From a virus (taxonomy: Duplodnaviria > Caudoviricetes), in IMG/VR virus record IMGVR_UViG_3300025961_000012, positions 13,109 through 77,108 of that record: DNA of 64,000 bases; one strand, 5' to 3'. A program made the translations under genes and the position numbers. Every line of letters begins with the position of its first letter. Position 1 is the stretch's first letter. Below the pieces are notes generated by a model, which saw nothing but the letters and a program-made list of their open reading frames with translations, was not told the DNA's origin and did no database searches. Shown one piece after another: positions 8,397 through 16,575 of the stretch.

Positions 8397-8562
8397 GCAG
8401 CTCGGCTGCTTGTGCTGGGCGCCGGCGAAAAGTTCGCTGAAGGATTCTGACTGCTGGCTATTCCAGAAAACGGGCGGTCAGGTGGAAGGGAGCGGGTGGA
8501 AGCCTGGCAAGAACGGTTCAGAGTTTGCGGGCTCCCACTTGGCGCGTAATCGCTTGCCCTGA
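8098..8562 (+). CDS. Cys-rich Zn-binding phage protein (DUF6171-like), overlapping the 3' end of 7365-8396 in the +1 frame
   Basis: RMRSCMRCQVYNRRLQTCG...LGCLCWAPAKSSLKDSDCW resembles the R..C..C....C...GC....K......C..W motif of small phage Cys proteins; ends 8 bp before the next gene. Confidence 0.6.
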   Translation: MRFSRITLRKRIGRLFTFLRALANAITRNASSNRPSERLKDFLASARNLALWLFLGKRAPRHLWSSRMRSCMRCQVYNRRLQTCGTPGETWTNPLTKNTEQLGCLCWAPAKSSLKDSDCWLFQKTGGQVEGSGWKPGKNGSEFAGSHLARNRLP

Positions 8563-8570
8563 CCGACTTT

Positions 8571-9038
8571 TTGGCGCATAGAGGCGTCGTGTCCACGGTC
8601 AAAGACAAGCCAATCGTTCTAAAGGTCGAGGTGCCTGGCAGCGGGAAGCCACTCAACGGCGCCGAAGGAGACGAGGCCGCCGCAGAACTCGGGCTGGCCC
8701 GCGTTTCAAACAAGCTCGTCAAAACCATGGCCCGGCTGGGCGTTGACATTGAACTGGCCGGCATCGTTCACACCGACCGCGGGTTCGCCTTCGCCACGAA
8801 GGAAGGGCTGTGGGAATGCGCCGATGCGCTCAAAGGGAAAATCAACAAGACCGCCAAGCTGGAGGATCTTTGCGAAATCGCGACGGCCCTCGGGAAGATC
8901 GCCAAAGGGATCTCCGTCCTGTCCGGTAAAAACATCGGCGGCGAGGACGCCCCCAAACCGCCCGACAAACCGCGGCAGTCTTTCGTCCCAGGCCAGACGG
9001 TCGAATTTCATCAACACACCCACCTCCACAAATCATGA
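8571..9038 (+). CDS. Hypothetical protein, possible terminase small subunit
   Basis: Helical core and a C-terminal QTVEFHQHTHLH tail like those of many small terminase subunits; near terL; start uncertain (TTG 8571 or GTG 8589). Confidence 0.4.
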   Translation: MAHRGVVSTVKDKPIVLKVEVPGSGKPLNGAEGDEAAAELGLARVSNKLVKTMARLGVDIELAGIVHTDRGFAFATKEGLWECADALKGKINKTAKLEDLCEIATALGKIAKGISVLSGKNIGGEDAPKPPDKPRQSFVPGQTVEFHQHTHLHKS

Positions 9039-9217
9039 AAACCTACGAATTGCGCCGAAACAAGCAACGCAAGTGGTATTACCACGTCAAACGCAAAGGC
9101 CGCATCCTCTACCACAGCGAAGCCTACAGCTCATTCTCCAAGGCGCACAAATCCGTGATCGCCGACACCAGGGATCGCGCGTACAAGATCGTGAAAGAGG
9201 GCAAAGTGATCGGATGA
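9035..9217 (+). CDS. YegP/DUF1508-like small protein
   Basis: YELRRNKQRKWYYHVKRKGRILYHSEAYSS..KA matches the DUF1508 F/YE....G.W.F.......I..SE.Y pattern. Confidence 0.65.
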   Translation: MKTYELRRNKQRKWYYHVKRKGRILYHSEAYSSFSKAHKSVIADTRDRAYKIVKEGKVIG

Positions 9218-9537
9218 GGTTGCTGGAGAAAATCAATCGCTTCCCGCCGCGTATCGTTCGGTTGATCGCCGCCGATCTCACGACGCGCCAGATCGCGCTG
9301 CGTTCCGGCATCCCGCGTTCGACCGTCCACCAGGTGTTTTTGAAGGATGACTGGAACCAGGTCACGAACGAAGTCACAGACCGGATCACCATGGCCTGTG
9401 GCGTCAACTTACTCACGCATAAGCGTCACAGGCAGAACCTGAAGAACCGGCTGCGATCGATTGGTAAGCTCGCCAAGAGGATCAAGCCGACCCAGCGGAA
9501 GATGTTGAACCGGTTGATGTCGGTCAAAGCCGCATAG
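9214..9537 (+). CDS. Helix-turn-helix DNA-binding protein
   Basis: LTTRQIALRSGIPRSTVHQV HTH; ATG at 9214 coupled to the upstream TGA. Confidence 0.7.
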   Translation: MRLLEKINRFPPRIVRLIAADLTTRQIALRSGIPRSTVHQVFLKDDWNQVTNEVTDRITMACGVNLLTHKRHRQNLKNRLRSIGKLAKRIKPTQRKMLNRLMSVKAA

Positions 9538-11107
9538 ACACGAGTCTTGGTTTCCCGTCTCCGACCGTTGGCTTGAACGCGGTCTCCGCAAGTTCCTGGC
9601 TGCCCTCCATCAACAGAATGTAGGTCAACGCATCCAGAATGTGCCGATGTGTCCCAGTCACTTCTCCGTCCTTGCCGGTCGCCGCGTTCTCGATGGCGGC
9701 AATGATACGCGGGCATTGGCTGCTGACGAAAAATCTCTTCTCCTTGATGAGCCGCCGCAAAATGCGCTGGCGCGTGCGCACTGAGCCCTTGGGCTTATGG
9801 ACGCCCTGCATACGGATCTTGCCGTTTGTCGCTGCGAGCACCTCGAGGTAGTCGTACCCAAGCCCGGTCGTGCGATAGGTGTTGAGCGCCGTGTCGTCTG
9901 CGTAATGGGTCCAGCCGAACTTGCGTCCATAGACTTTCTGCAAATCGTCTTCCATCAGGCGCAGCATCTCGACGCCGAGGTCGGAAATCTTGATCCGCTC
10001 GTTGATGGATTCGATCTCCCGAAGGGCCACCCACACAGGCCATTCGATGTCGTCAATGGTCACGAAGCGCTTTTCGACTATGGCAAACCCGTGGTTCACT
10101 GAGCTACCCAGGTCTGAACCTGTGAACAGATCTGTCGTCGTCGGTGACAATTCGATGCTCTCGCCATTTTCCGGGTCCTCCTCGATGACGTGAATGTCGC
10201 GGCTGAACACGTCGGCGAAGATTCGGTTGGCGCCGCCGCTGCCGGCCACCCATTTGCCCTCGACGTCTCGCGCGTACTCGCCCGGGTCGCCTGAGTGCAG
10301 GGCCTTGCGATCCTCGATTTGATCCGTAGTCAGCCCCTCGTTGTCCTCGAGGAAAAATTCCATGAGACGAAGCGATTTCTCGAATTTTTCCCGGCAACGT
10401 TTGATCTCCTCGCCCTGCGCCCTGTTGTTGTCGGCGCCGGTCAGCGTCACGGCGGACCAGTCTCGCTTATACCAGAACTTGTATATCCACGATTCCTCGC
10501 CTTCGACGGCCGGGTTTGTATCCGCCAGCCACAGATGCTGCCACGGCTTCAGGTGCGGCATACGCAATTGTTCCCAGGAAACGGTGAAGATCCGCGGGTC
10601 CTTAAAGTTGCCCAGCTCGATCAGCCGGATCCCGCTCCAAAATGAATCCTTGAGCTTGGTCTCGATCTCGCAGTCATGTTCAACGGACAGAATGCGTATC
10701 TCGCTTTCCCCGCCCCACGCGTTGCTAAACCGACAAAACGGCGTGCGCGTCCGACCGTCAGTCTTGAACCCCGGGATCCCGTCGCCGTCGCGCGTCGTGT
10801 ATTCGAACCCGATGCCGGCATCGATCCACCGCGGCAGCACGTATTCCGTGAGCCGTTGTTGCGTCCCTGAGTCCGTGGTGTTGCGCAGTGTCTTGTTGAT
10901 GATGGCAAACCGGCCATTTGGTGTCTCCCAGAGGTGGCGGATCATCCTGTCGTCGCACCCAAAGCTCTTGGCGCTGTAACGCGGCCCGCTCACCAGGACT
11001 GCCGTTGGCGAGTTCGGGTGGTTTTTGCCGGCGTCCTGCTCTGTCCCGATGTTGAACAGGATTCGCTGCTTTGTGTAGAGCCAGTCCGGGCTCCATGGCT
11101 GTGACAT
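9524..11107 (-). CDS. terL: Terminase large subunit
   Basis: Walker A-like VLVSGPRYSAKS, Walker B-like IRLIE, coupling motif LADTNP, RNase H-fold nuclease motifs GSDLG, YADD, HILDALTY; start 11107 or 11128. Confidence 0.85.
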   Translation of the reverse strand: MSQPWSPDWLYTKQRILFNIGTEQDAGKNHPNSPTAVLVSGPRYSAKSFGCDDRMIRHLWETPNGRFAIINKTLRNTTDSGTQQRLTEYVLPRWIDAGIGFEYTTRDGDGIPGFKTDGRTRTPFCRFSNAWGGESEIRILSVEHDCEIETKLKDSFWSGIRLIELGNFKDPRIFTVSWEQLRMPHLKPWQHLWLADTNPAVEGEESWIYKFWYKRDWSAVTLTGADNNRAQGEEIKRCREKFEKSLRLMEFFLEDNEGLTTDQIEDRKALHSGDPGEYARDVEGKWVAGSGGANRIFADVFSRDIHVIEEDPENGESIELSPTTTDLFTGSDLGSSVNHGFAIVEKRFVTIDDIEWPVWVALREIESINERIKISDLGVEMLRLMEDDLQKVYGRKFGWTHYADDTALNTYRTTGLGYDYLEVLAATNGKIRMQGVHKPKGSVRTRQRILRRLIKEKRFFVSSQCPRIIAAIENAATGKDGEVTGTHRHILDALTYILLMEGSQELAETAFKPTVGDGKPRLVSMRL

Positions 11108-11121
11108 GCCGGAAATCTGCC

Positions 11122-11151
11122 TTGCCATCGGTGCCGTGGCGAGCCTACGTT
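11122..11151 (+). promoter_or_regulatory. Putative leaderless promoter for the head operon (TTGCCA-N18-TACGTT-N7-ATG)
   Basis: Hexamers read directly; ATG at 11159; divergent from terL. Confidence 0.5.
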
Positions 11152-11158
11152 GGCGACC

Positions 11159-11437
11159 ATGAACGCACTCGTGATTTCCCAAGAGACTCTGGACGACCAA
11201 CTGCCCCAATGCAAAGACGGTGAGACGGGCGATTTCACGATAAAAGGCGGCACGCTCACAATGGTCCCGGGCGTCGGCGCCGTCGTGTCTGGCGATAACA
11301 TCACCAAATCCGGCTACGAGAACGAGGGCGGCGCCGAGACCGAGGCCGAAGGAGGCATCGAGGAACCCAAGATGTCGCCGGCGGCGATGGCGGTCGTGGG
11401 GCGCAAAGGCGCAGTCGTGGCACGCAGGGGCTACTGA
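11159..11437 (+). CDS. Small acidic hypothetical protein
   Basis: MNALVISQETL...; directly upstream of the portal candidate. Confidence 0.7.
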   Translation: MNALVISQETLDDQLPQCKDGETGDFTIKGGTLTMVPGVGAVVSGDNITKSGYENEGGAETEAEGGIEEPKMSPAAMAVVGRKGAVVARRGY

Positions 11438-11445
11438 ACGATTCC

Positions 11446-13845
11446 ATGATCGATGTCCGGATCCTAAAGAAACACGGCTGTTCCGCGGAGGCGTGGAGAA
11501 AAATCTTCGAAGGGCGTATTCGCGAGCGCCCGCAGCGAAAGAACGGCATCGTCGAGAAAACTGCCGCGCAAAAGGACAAGATTGACGCCCTGATGGAGCG
11601 TATCTGGGATCGAATTGTTTGCGGCCGGGACTGGAATTTCGCCAACTTCACCACGATCCACGCGATGGACCTGATCTGGGACGCCCCGTTCCGGCAGGTG
11701 AGTCCGACGCTGATTTCGTCCGTGTGCGCCAAGCACGGGAAGAACACTGAGGAGGTAAAGAGCGCCCTCAAGGGGCTGGGGTTGGATCTTGATTCGGTGC
11801 TCGTGCCGACAGACAAGCGCGACCCGAAGACGGGCGAATTGATCCAGGCCGTCAACGTCCCGAGCTTCTTTTCCGTCATGGTCCCGCTGGCGCGCGCCAT
11901 GGCAACGTCCCGCCGGGCGCGCATGATCAACGATCGGAACCGAGATCCGTTCTTCGAATTCAAGGCGGCCACTCAGAGCAAGCTGAACCGCGTGCGTTGC
12001 GAGGTGCTCACCAGCCGCATCCAGGAGACGTCCAAGGCGTACGACTATCTCGGCATCGTCAACCAGGCCGTGCTCCAGATGTTCCTTTACCCGACGGGCT
12101 GCCTGCTGTTCACGAAGGAGGAATATGATTCCTGCGAGCAAATGCGGCTCGACAAGGACGGCAAGGAGGAGAAATACATCGTCCGCGAGGGCCTCCGCTA
12201 CCACACGCCGCACCCGGCCCGGACGTATTGCGACATGGCGCACCCGATGCGCACGTTCAACACGGACACGGGTTGCGAGTTTGCCGGCCACTGGCAGGTC
12301 CTTCGCTATGGCGATATTTACGACAACGACGGGTTTTACAACAAGGACAAGATCAACATCGGCGGGCTGGGCTGGTTCAATTCATTCCCGTCCTTCTGGC
12401 AAACCGTCTACACGGGCTGCGCGCTGAAGATTCCAAGCGTCGATTTCACGGGGAAACCCGAGGATCGCGAGGAGTTCATCTCGAATTCGTTCTATAGCGG
12501 CGACATGCGCGATCATTCCGTGATGCTGTGCGAGCACCGCGAGAAACTGATCCCGAAGGATTGGGGGCTTGGCGATTACCAGTACCCGATCTGGTGCCGA
12601 TTCGTCGTGGCCGGCGACGGAACGATCGTTTACGCGGCGCCCATGGGCTACACGCCCGTGTGCGTGTTCAAGGACAACGGCGACGACAAGCGCGTGGCTG
12701 ATGCCTCGCTGGTGCTGCAGCTCGCTCCCTATCAGGACCAGCTCTCCAACCTGTTCACCCAGTTCCTGCTGGCTGTGAAACAGAATCTGGCGAATTTCAC
12801 GATGGTGGACGGGGCCATCGTCGACGACGCGACGATCAAGAAGCTCACCAACGACGGGGAAACCTATTTCCGCGGGCTGAACATTTTCCGTTACGACAGC
12901 AAGACCTTGTTCCGATTGCAGACCGACGCGCGGCAGGCCGTGATCTCACATCGTTTCGCGCCGATGGATATAAATGGCATTGTTTTGGCAATGAAATTGA
13001 CCATCGACATGGCCGAGCGCGTGTTGCAGTTCAGCGCCCAGGAAGTCGCCCAGGCGGCGAGCCACGAGCAGACCAAGGCCGAAATCGATCACGTTGCCGC
13101 CTCGACAACGAACATCGTTGAATACACCGGGATCCCGCTCGACGCCGGCATGAACGCGATGGCGCATCAGAATTACGAGGCGCTGATGAACTACGGCCAG
13201 GATGAGTTTTACGCGCAGATCCCCAGCGACCACGAACTGACCGAGGAACAGCTCACGGCTCTGGGCATCACCCAGGACGAGGACGACAAGGAAGAGACGC
13301 GCGACAAAAAGGTCCGCGTGAAGATCAAAAAGAAATCGGCGATGCAATTGGACAGCTTCGCCACCGTGCCACCGACCAACAAGCGGCAGACCAACTGGGA
13401 AGCTGCCCAGGCGATTTCGCAGTTCTACGCGACAATCCTCAACAATCCGGTCGTGCAGATGGCGCTCGGCCCGAAGCAAATGGTCGAGATCGCCAATCAA
13501 ATTGCCAAACTGGCCGGGTTACACTTGGACGCCGACCTGCGCGATATGACTGCCGAGAACCAGAAGAAACAGGCCAACGACCTGCTCAAGCAGGCTGTCG
13601 ATGCCGTTTTGGGCATTGTCCGAACCGAAACCAAGCAGGGTTTGGAGGTGATCATGTCCGAGATAAAAGACGTGACAATGAAGGTCGACGCGCTTACCAA
13701 GGCGTTCGCACAGCATGTTGCTTCAACTTCAAACCCGCTCGCTGGACCCGACGGAGGCGGCATCCCTCCAGTCATGGCTCCAGTCGCCCCAGTCGCTCCT
13801 GTTCCGGCAGTTGCTCCAAACCCAATGCTTGCTGGCGCAGTTTGA
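11446..13845 (+). CDS. Putative portal protein (799 aa)
   Basis: Size, position at the head of the portal-scaffold-capsid block, helical C-terminal region and Pro/Ala tail; no family-defining motif confirmed. Confidence 0.65.
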   Translation: MIDVRILKKHGCSAEAWRKIFEGRIRERPQRKNGIVEKTAAQKDKIDALMERIWDRIVCGRDWNFANFTTIHAMDLIWDAPFRQVSPTLISSVCAKHGKNTEEVKSALKGLGLDLDSVLVPTDKRDPKTGELIQAVNVPSFFSVMVPLARAMATSRRARMINDRNRDPFFEFKAATQSKLNRVRCEVLTSRIQETSKAYDYLGIVNQAVLQMFLYPTGCLLFTKEEYDSCEQMRLDKDGKEEKYIVREGLRYHTPHPARTYCDMAHPMRTFNTDTGCEFAGHWQVLRYGDIYDNDGFYNKDKINIGGLGWFNSFPSFWQTVYTGCALKIPSVDFTGKPEDREEFISNSFYSGDMRDHSVMLCEHREKLIPKDWGLGDYQYPIWCRFVVAGDGTIVYAAPMGYTPVCVFKDNGDDKRVADASLVLQLAPYQDQLSNLFTQFLLAVKQNLANFTMVDGAIVDDATIKKLTNDGETYFRGLNIFRYDSKTLFRLQTDARQAVISHRFAPMDINGIVLAMKLTIDMAERVLQFSAQEVAQAASHEQTKAEIDHVAASTTNIVEYTGIPLDAGMNAMAHQNYEALMNYGQDEFYAQIPSDHELTEEQLTALGITQDEDDKEETRDKKVRVKIKKKSAMQLDSFATVPPTNKRQTNWEAAQAISQFYATILNNPVVQMALGPKQMVEIANQIAKLAGLHLDADLRDMTAENQKKQANDLLKQAVDAVLGIVRTETKQGLEVIMSEIKDVTMKVDALTKAFAQHVASTSNPLAGPDGGGIPPVMAPVAPVAPVPAVAPNPMLAGAV

Positions 13846-14029
13846 GGCAGGCCAGGAGGCCACGAAGTGCGCCAACCTGCCGGCCGAGGTCATGGCCGCG
13901 GCGCTCAAGGAACACGTCGAGGCGGCGGATCGATTTGAGCGGATGCTCGACTACATGGATTCGCTGAAGTCCGGAAAGGTCGAGCCGAAGCTTTTGGTCA
14001 ACGCAACCCCTGAATCCCTACCGACATGA
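13715..14029 (+). CDS. Hypothetical helical protein overlapping the portal 3' end by 131 bp (+1 frame)
   Basis: Across the overlap this frame has G/C-ending codons (ctg gac ccg acg gag gcg) while the portal frame has A/T-ending Pro/Ala/Val codons; ATGA-coupled to 14026. Confidence 0.7.
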   Translation: MLLQLQTRSLDPTEAASLQSWLQSPQSLLFRQLLQTQCLLAQFEAGQEATKCANLPAEVMAAALKEHVEAADRFERMLDYMDSLKSGKVEPKLLVNATPESLPT

Positions 14030-14223
14030 AACCGCATCAGGAACGAGTAATCGAAGAAAAGGCACAACTGGACGAAAGACTCGCAAAGCTCAACGAGTTT
14101 GGGCGCGGGACCATCTTTCCGAATTTACCCGCAGCCGAACAGGAGCGACTTCAGCGCCAGTCCAAAATCATGGACCAGTATTCGGTCGTGCTCGGTGAGC
14201 GCATCGCCGCTTTTACGCCATGA
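14026..14223 (+). CDS. crAss001_48-like small protein
   Basis: PHQERVIEEKAQLDERLAKL..F.....F..L...EQ.RL..Q...M..Y..VL.ERI pattern. Confidence 0.8.
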   Translation: MKPHQERVIEEKAQLDERLAKLNEFGRGTIFPNLPAAEQERLQRQSKIMDQYSVVLGERIAAFTP

Positions 14224-15036
14224 GCAAAATCACCGTCATCCACCATTCCGCCGATTTTGACGGACTATTCTGCCGCGAGATAGCGCGCAAGTTTCTGCCG
14301 GATGCAGAACTGATTGGTTGGGATTTTAGGGACGAGCCGATCAACCCGTTCAAAATCGGTGAGATTCTTTACGTGATGGATCTCCCGCTGGATCGACCGT
14401 TCGGATTCAAGTTTGAAGAGCTGATAAAAGATCCAGCAGATTACATCGGCAAAAACAGAATTGGAAACGCAGAGCAGATCATCTGGATCGATCATCACAA
14501 ATCATCCATCGAATCACACCCAGAGGATATCGACGGCATTAGGATTGACGGCGTGGCGGCGTGCCGATTGGCGTGGCAGTGGTTTGCGAACCCAAACATG
14601 AAGTATAGGTTTTTCCCAGAAAAACAAGGCTTCATTGACCGCAAGGTGTCCGAACCGTGGGCCGTACGCCTCGCCGGGGAATATGACATCTGGGACAAGC
14701 GCGACGCGGACGCCGAACTATTCCAGCACGGACTGCGAAGCGAGGAACTTTACCCGGGAATTTGGGAGGCTCTGCTCGATGAACAGAACCGATTCGATAA
14801 TAATGTCGTGCGATTGCTCAATCAAGGTCGCGGCCGGACTGACGCCGGAACACGACGCCTGTTTCGGCTTCAACTGGACCGGCAAGGAATGGAACGTGAG
14901 TCTTTATCATGCGCCCGGGAAGGAACATCACGACCTTTCGCTCATAGCTGTGAAGCATGGGGGCGGCGGCCACCGTGGGGCGTGCGGGTTCAAAACCAAC
15001 AAGCTCCCATTCCTTCCACTCAACGCACCCGAATAA
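14220..15036 (+). pseudogene. DHH/DHHA1 phosphoesterase, frameshifted (probable internal deletion near 14828)
   Basis: HHSADFDG, MDL, IDHHKS, AACRLAW, YDIW in the 14220 frame; C-terminal DHHA1 (WNVSLY...DLSLIAVKHGGGGHRGACGF) in the +1 frame after ...LLNQG. Confidence 0.8.
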
Positions 15037-15039
15037 TCT

Positions 15040-16521
15040 ATGCCACGCGAATTTGCCGACGACAAAAAGAAGAAACCCGCCGAGGCCCCGCCGGCCAAAG
15101 AGGATCAGACTCCGCCGCCGGTCAAAGCGGACGAGAAACCGCCCGACGAGAAGAAGCCCGCAACGCCGACAGCCGAGGAACTTGCCGCGCGCGCAGAAGA
15201 GATCTCAGCGTCGATGTTCCCGGTGCCTGGCAAAAAGACCAAGCCGCCAGAGGCGAAGCCCGAAGACAAGCCGAAAGAGCCAGATGCCAAAGAGCCTGAA
15301 GCCAAGCCACCTGAACCAGAGCCCGAGAAAAAGCCGGCCGCCAAGAAACCGCTCCCGCCACCAATCTCCGAGGCCGTAAAACCTGAGTCACTTCAGGCTC
15401 CAGCAGCACAGCCGGAAGCCAAACCTCCGGTTACGACCGATCTCAACGAGGACGACGAGGAAACGCTCGCCGCCCTGGCCCGAATGGAGCGCGACGGCAA
15501 AGCCCCCCGCGGAATTGTTGATCGCACGAAACGCTTTTGGGCCGATGAAGCCGATTACATCGCCGCATGGGAAAAAGCCAATCCTGGCGCCGCCTTCGAT
15601 CTCAATGACGAAGCTCACGCCGAGTTCTACGATAAGAACGAGCCCCGGTACGACGAGCAGGAATTCAAGCGCGCGGCCAAACTGAACCTGAAGGAACAGA
15701 GCAAACGCGAGATCAAGGAGGAACTCAAAAAGGAGACCGAAGCCGAGACGTACGAGCGCGAGATGCGCGAGCACGTCCCCAAGAACGCCGCAGCAGTCAG
15801 CACCGCCCTCACAGAGATGGTTGCCGATGCCGGCTTCAAGGATTTGCTCAAGGACGGCAAACTCACGAAGGAAGTCGAAGCGGAGATCGACAAGGCCAGC
15901 CCTCACGCGCGCGCGATCCTGCATGAAGAAGCGCAGTTGCTCGCCGCGCAGATTTCCGAGGTCGACAAGCTCGAGCGCTTCGCCGGGAAGTACCAAATGG
16001 ATCCGAATTTTTCCGTGAAGGTCGCCAGCGGTGCCTACGTGCAACCGCACCGGATGCTCGCCGATTTCGTTCAAAACCTGGAACGCGAGATCGCCGCGCT
16101 GCCACCGGAGGAGACCGCCCGCGACGGGAAACGCTTCGTCACCCAGGAGGAATTCATGCGCGAAGTCGACAAGATCAGGGCGTCGCCCGCGCCGCCCGCG
16201 GCCAAGTCGAAAGCGTTCGATGCGCTCTCCGCCGGCTACTACACGATCGGCTGGGAAGACATACGCGTGGCCCTCATTTCCCAGCACTCGACGCGCGCAC
16301 GGGCCAAAATCGACACTTTTGGCGGAATCAAAAAGTCAGATCCAGTGTCTCAACCGGCAAAAACAAGTGCCGCAGCGACACCAGCGGCCACGCCCGAAAC
16401 CAGAGCCGCTTTCAGGCCTCCGTCGGTCTCGTCGGCGTCCGATAACACGGACACGACAAAAAAGGCGCCGCATCAAAGCGGAAAAACTGCCGACGACGTT
16501 GCCAGAAGCATGTGGGGCTAA
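15040..16521 (+). CDS. Putative capsid scaffolding protein
   Basis: Acidic, P/E/K-rich disordered N-terminus and helical core immediately upstream of the capsid candidate. Confidence 0.6.
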   Translation: MPREFADDKKKKPAEAPPAKEDQTPPPVKADEKPPDEKKPATPTAEELAARAEEISASMFPVPGKKTKPPEAKPEDKPKEPDAKEPEAKPPEPEPEKKPAAKKPLPPPISEAVKPESLQAPAAQPEAKPPVTTDLNEDDEETLAALARMERDGKAPRGIVDRTKRFWADEADYIAAWEKANPGAAFDLNDEAHAEFYDKNEPRYDEQEFKRAAKLNLKEQSKREIKEELKKETEAETYEREMREHVPKNAAAVSTALTEMVADAGFKDLLKDGKLTKEVEAEIDKASPHARAILHEEAQLLAAQISEVDKLERFAGKYQMDPNFSVKVASGAYVQPHRMLADFVQNLEREIAALPPEETARDGKRFVTQEEFMREVDKIRASPAPPAAKSKAFDALSAGYYTIGWEDIRVALISQHSTRARAKIDTFGGIKKSDPVSQPAKTSAAATPAATPETRAAFRPPSVSSASDNTDTTKKAPHQSGKTADDVARSMWG

Positions 16522-16575
16522 GAGAGTTGATGCGAAAGCGCGAGGCAATTACGCCCGCCATTTCGCACAACTCTT

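Noticed and set aside
8743-9213. N-terminal 157-aa extension of the HTH ORF
   Set aside because: It overlaps two better genes and is compositionally a shadow; the ATG at 9214 is coupled to the upstream stop.
14220-15299. Reading the DHH ORF as an intact 359-aa protein
   Set aside because: After LLNQG the frame becomes Arg-rich shadow overlapping the scaffold gene; the true DHHA1 motifs are in another frame.
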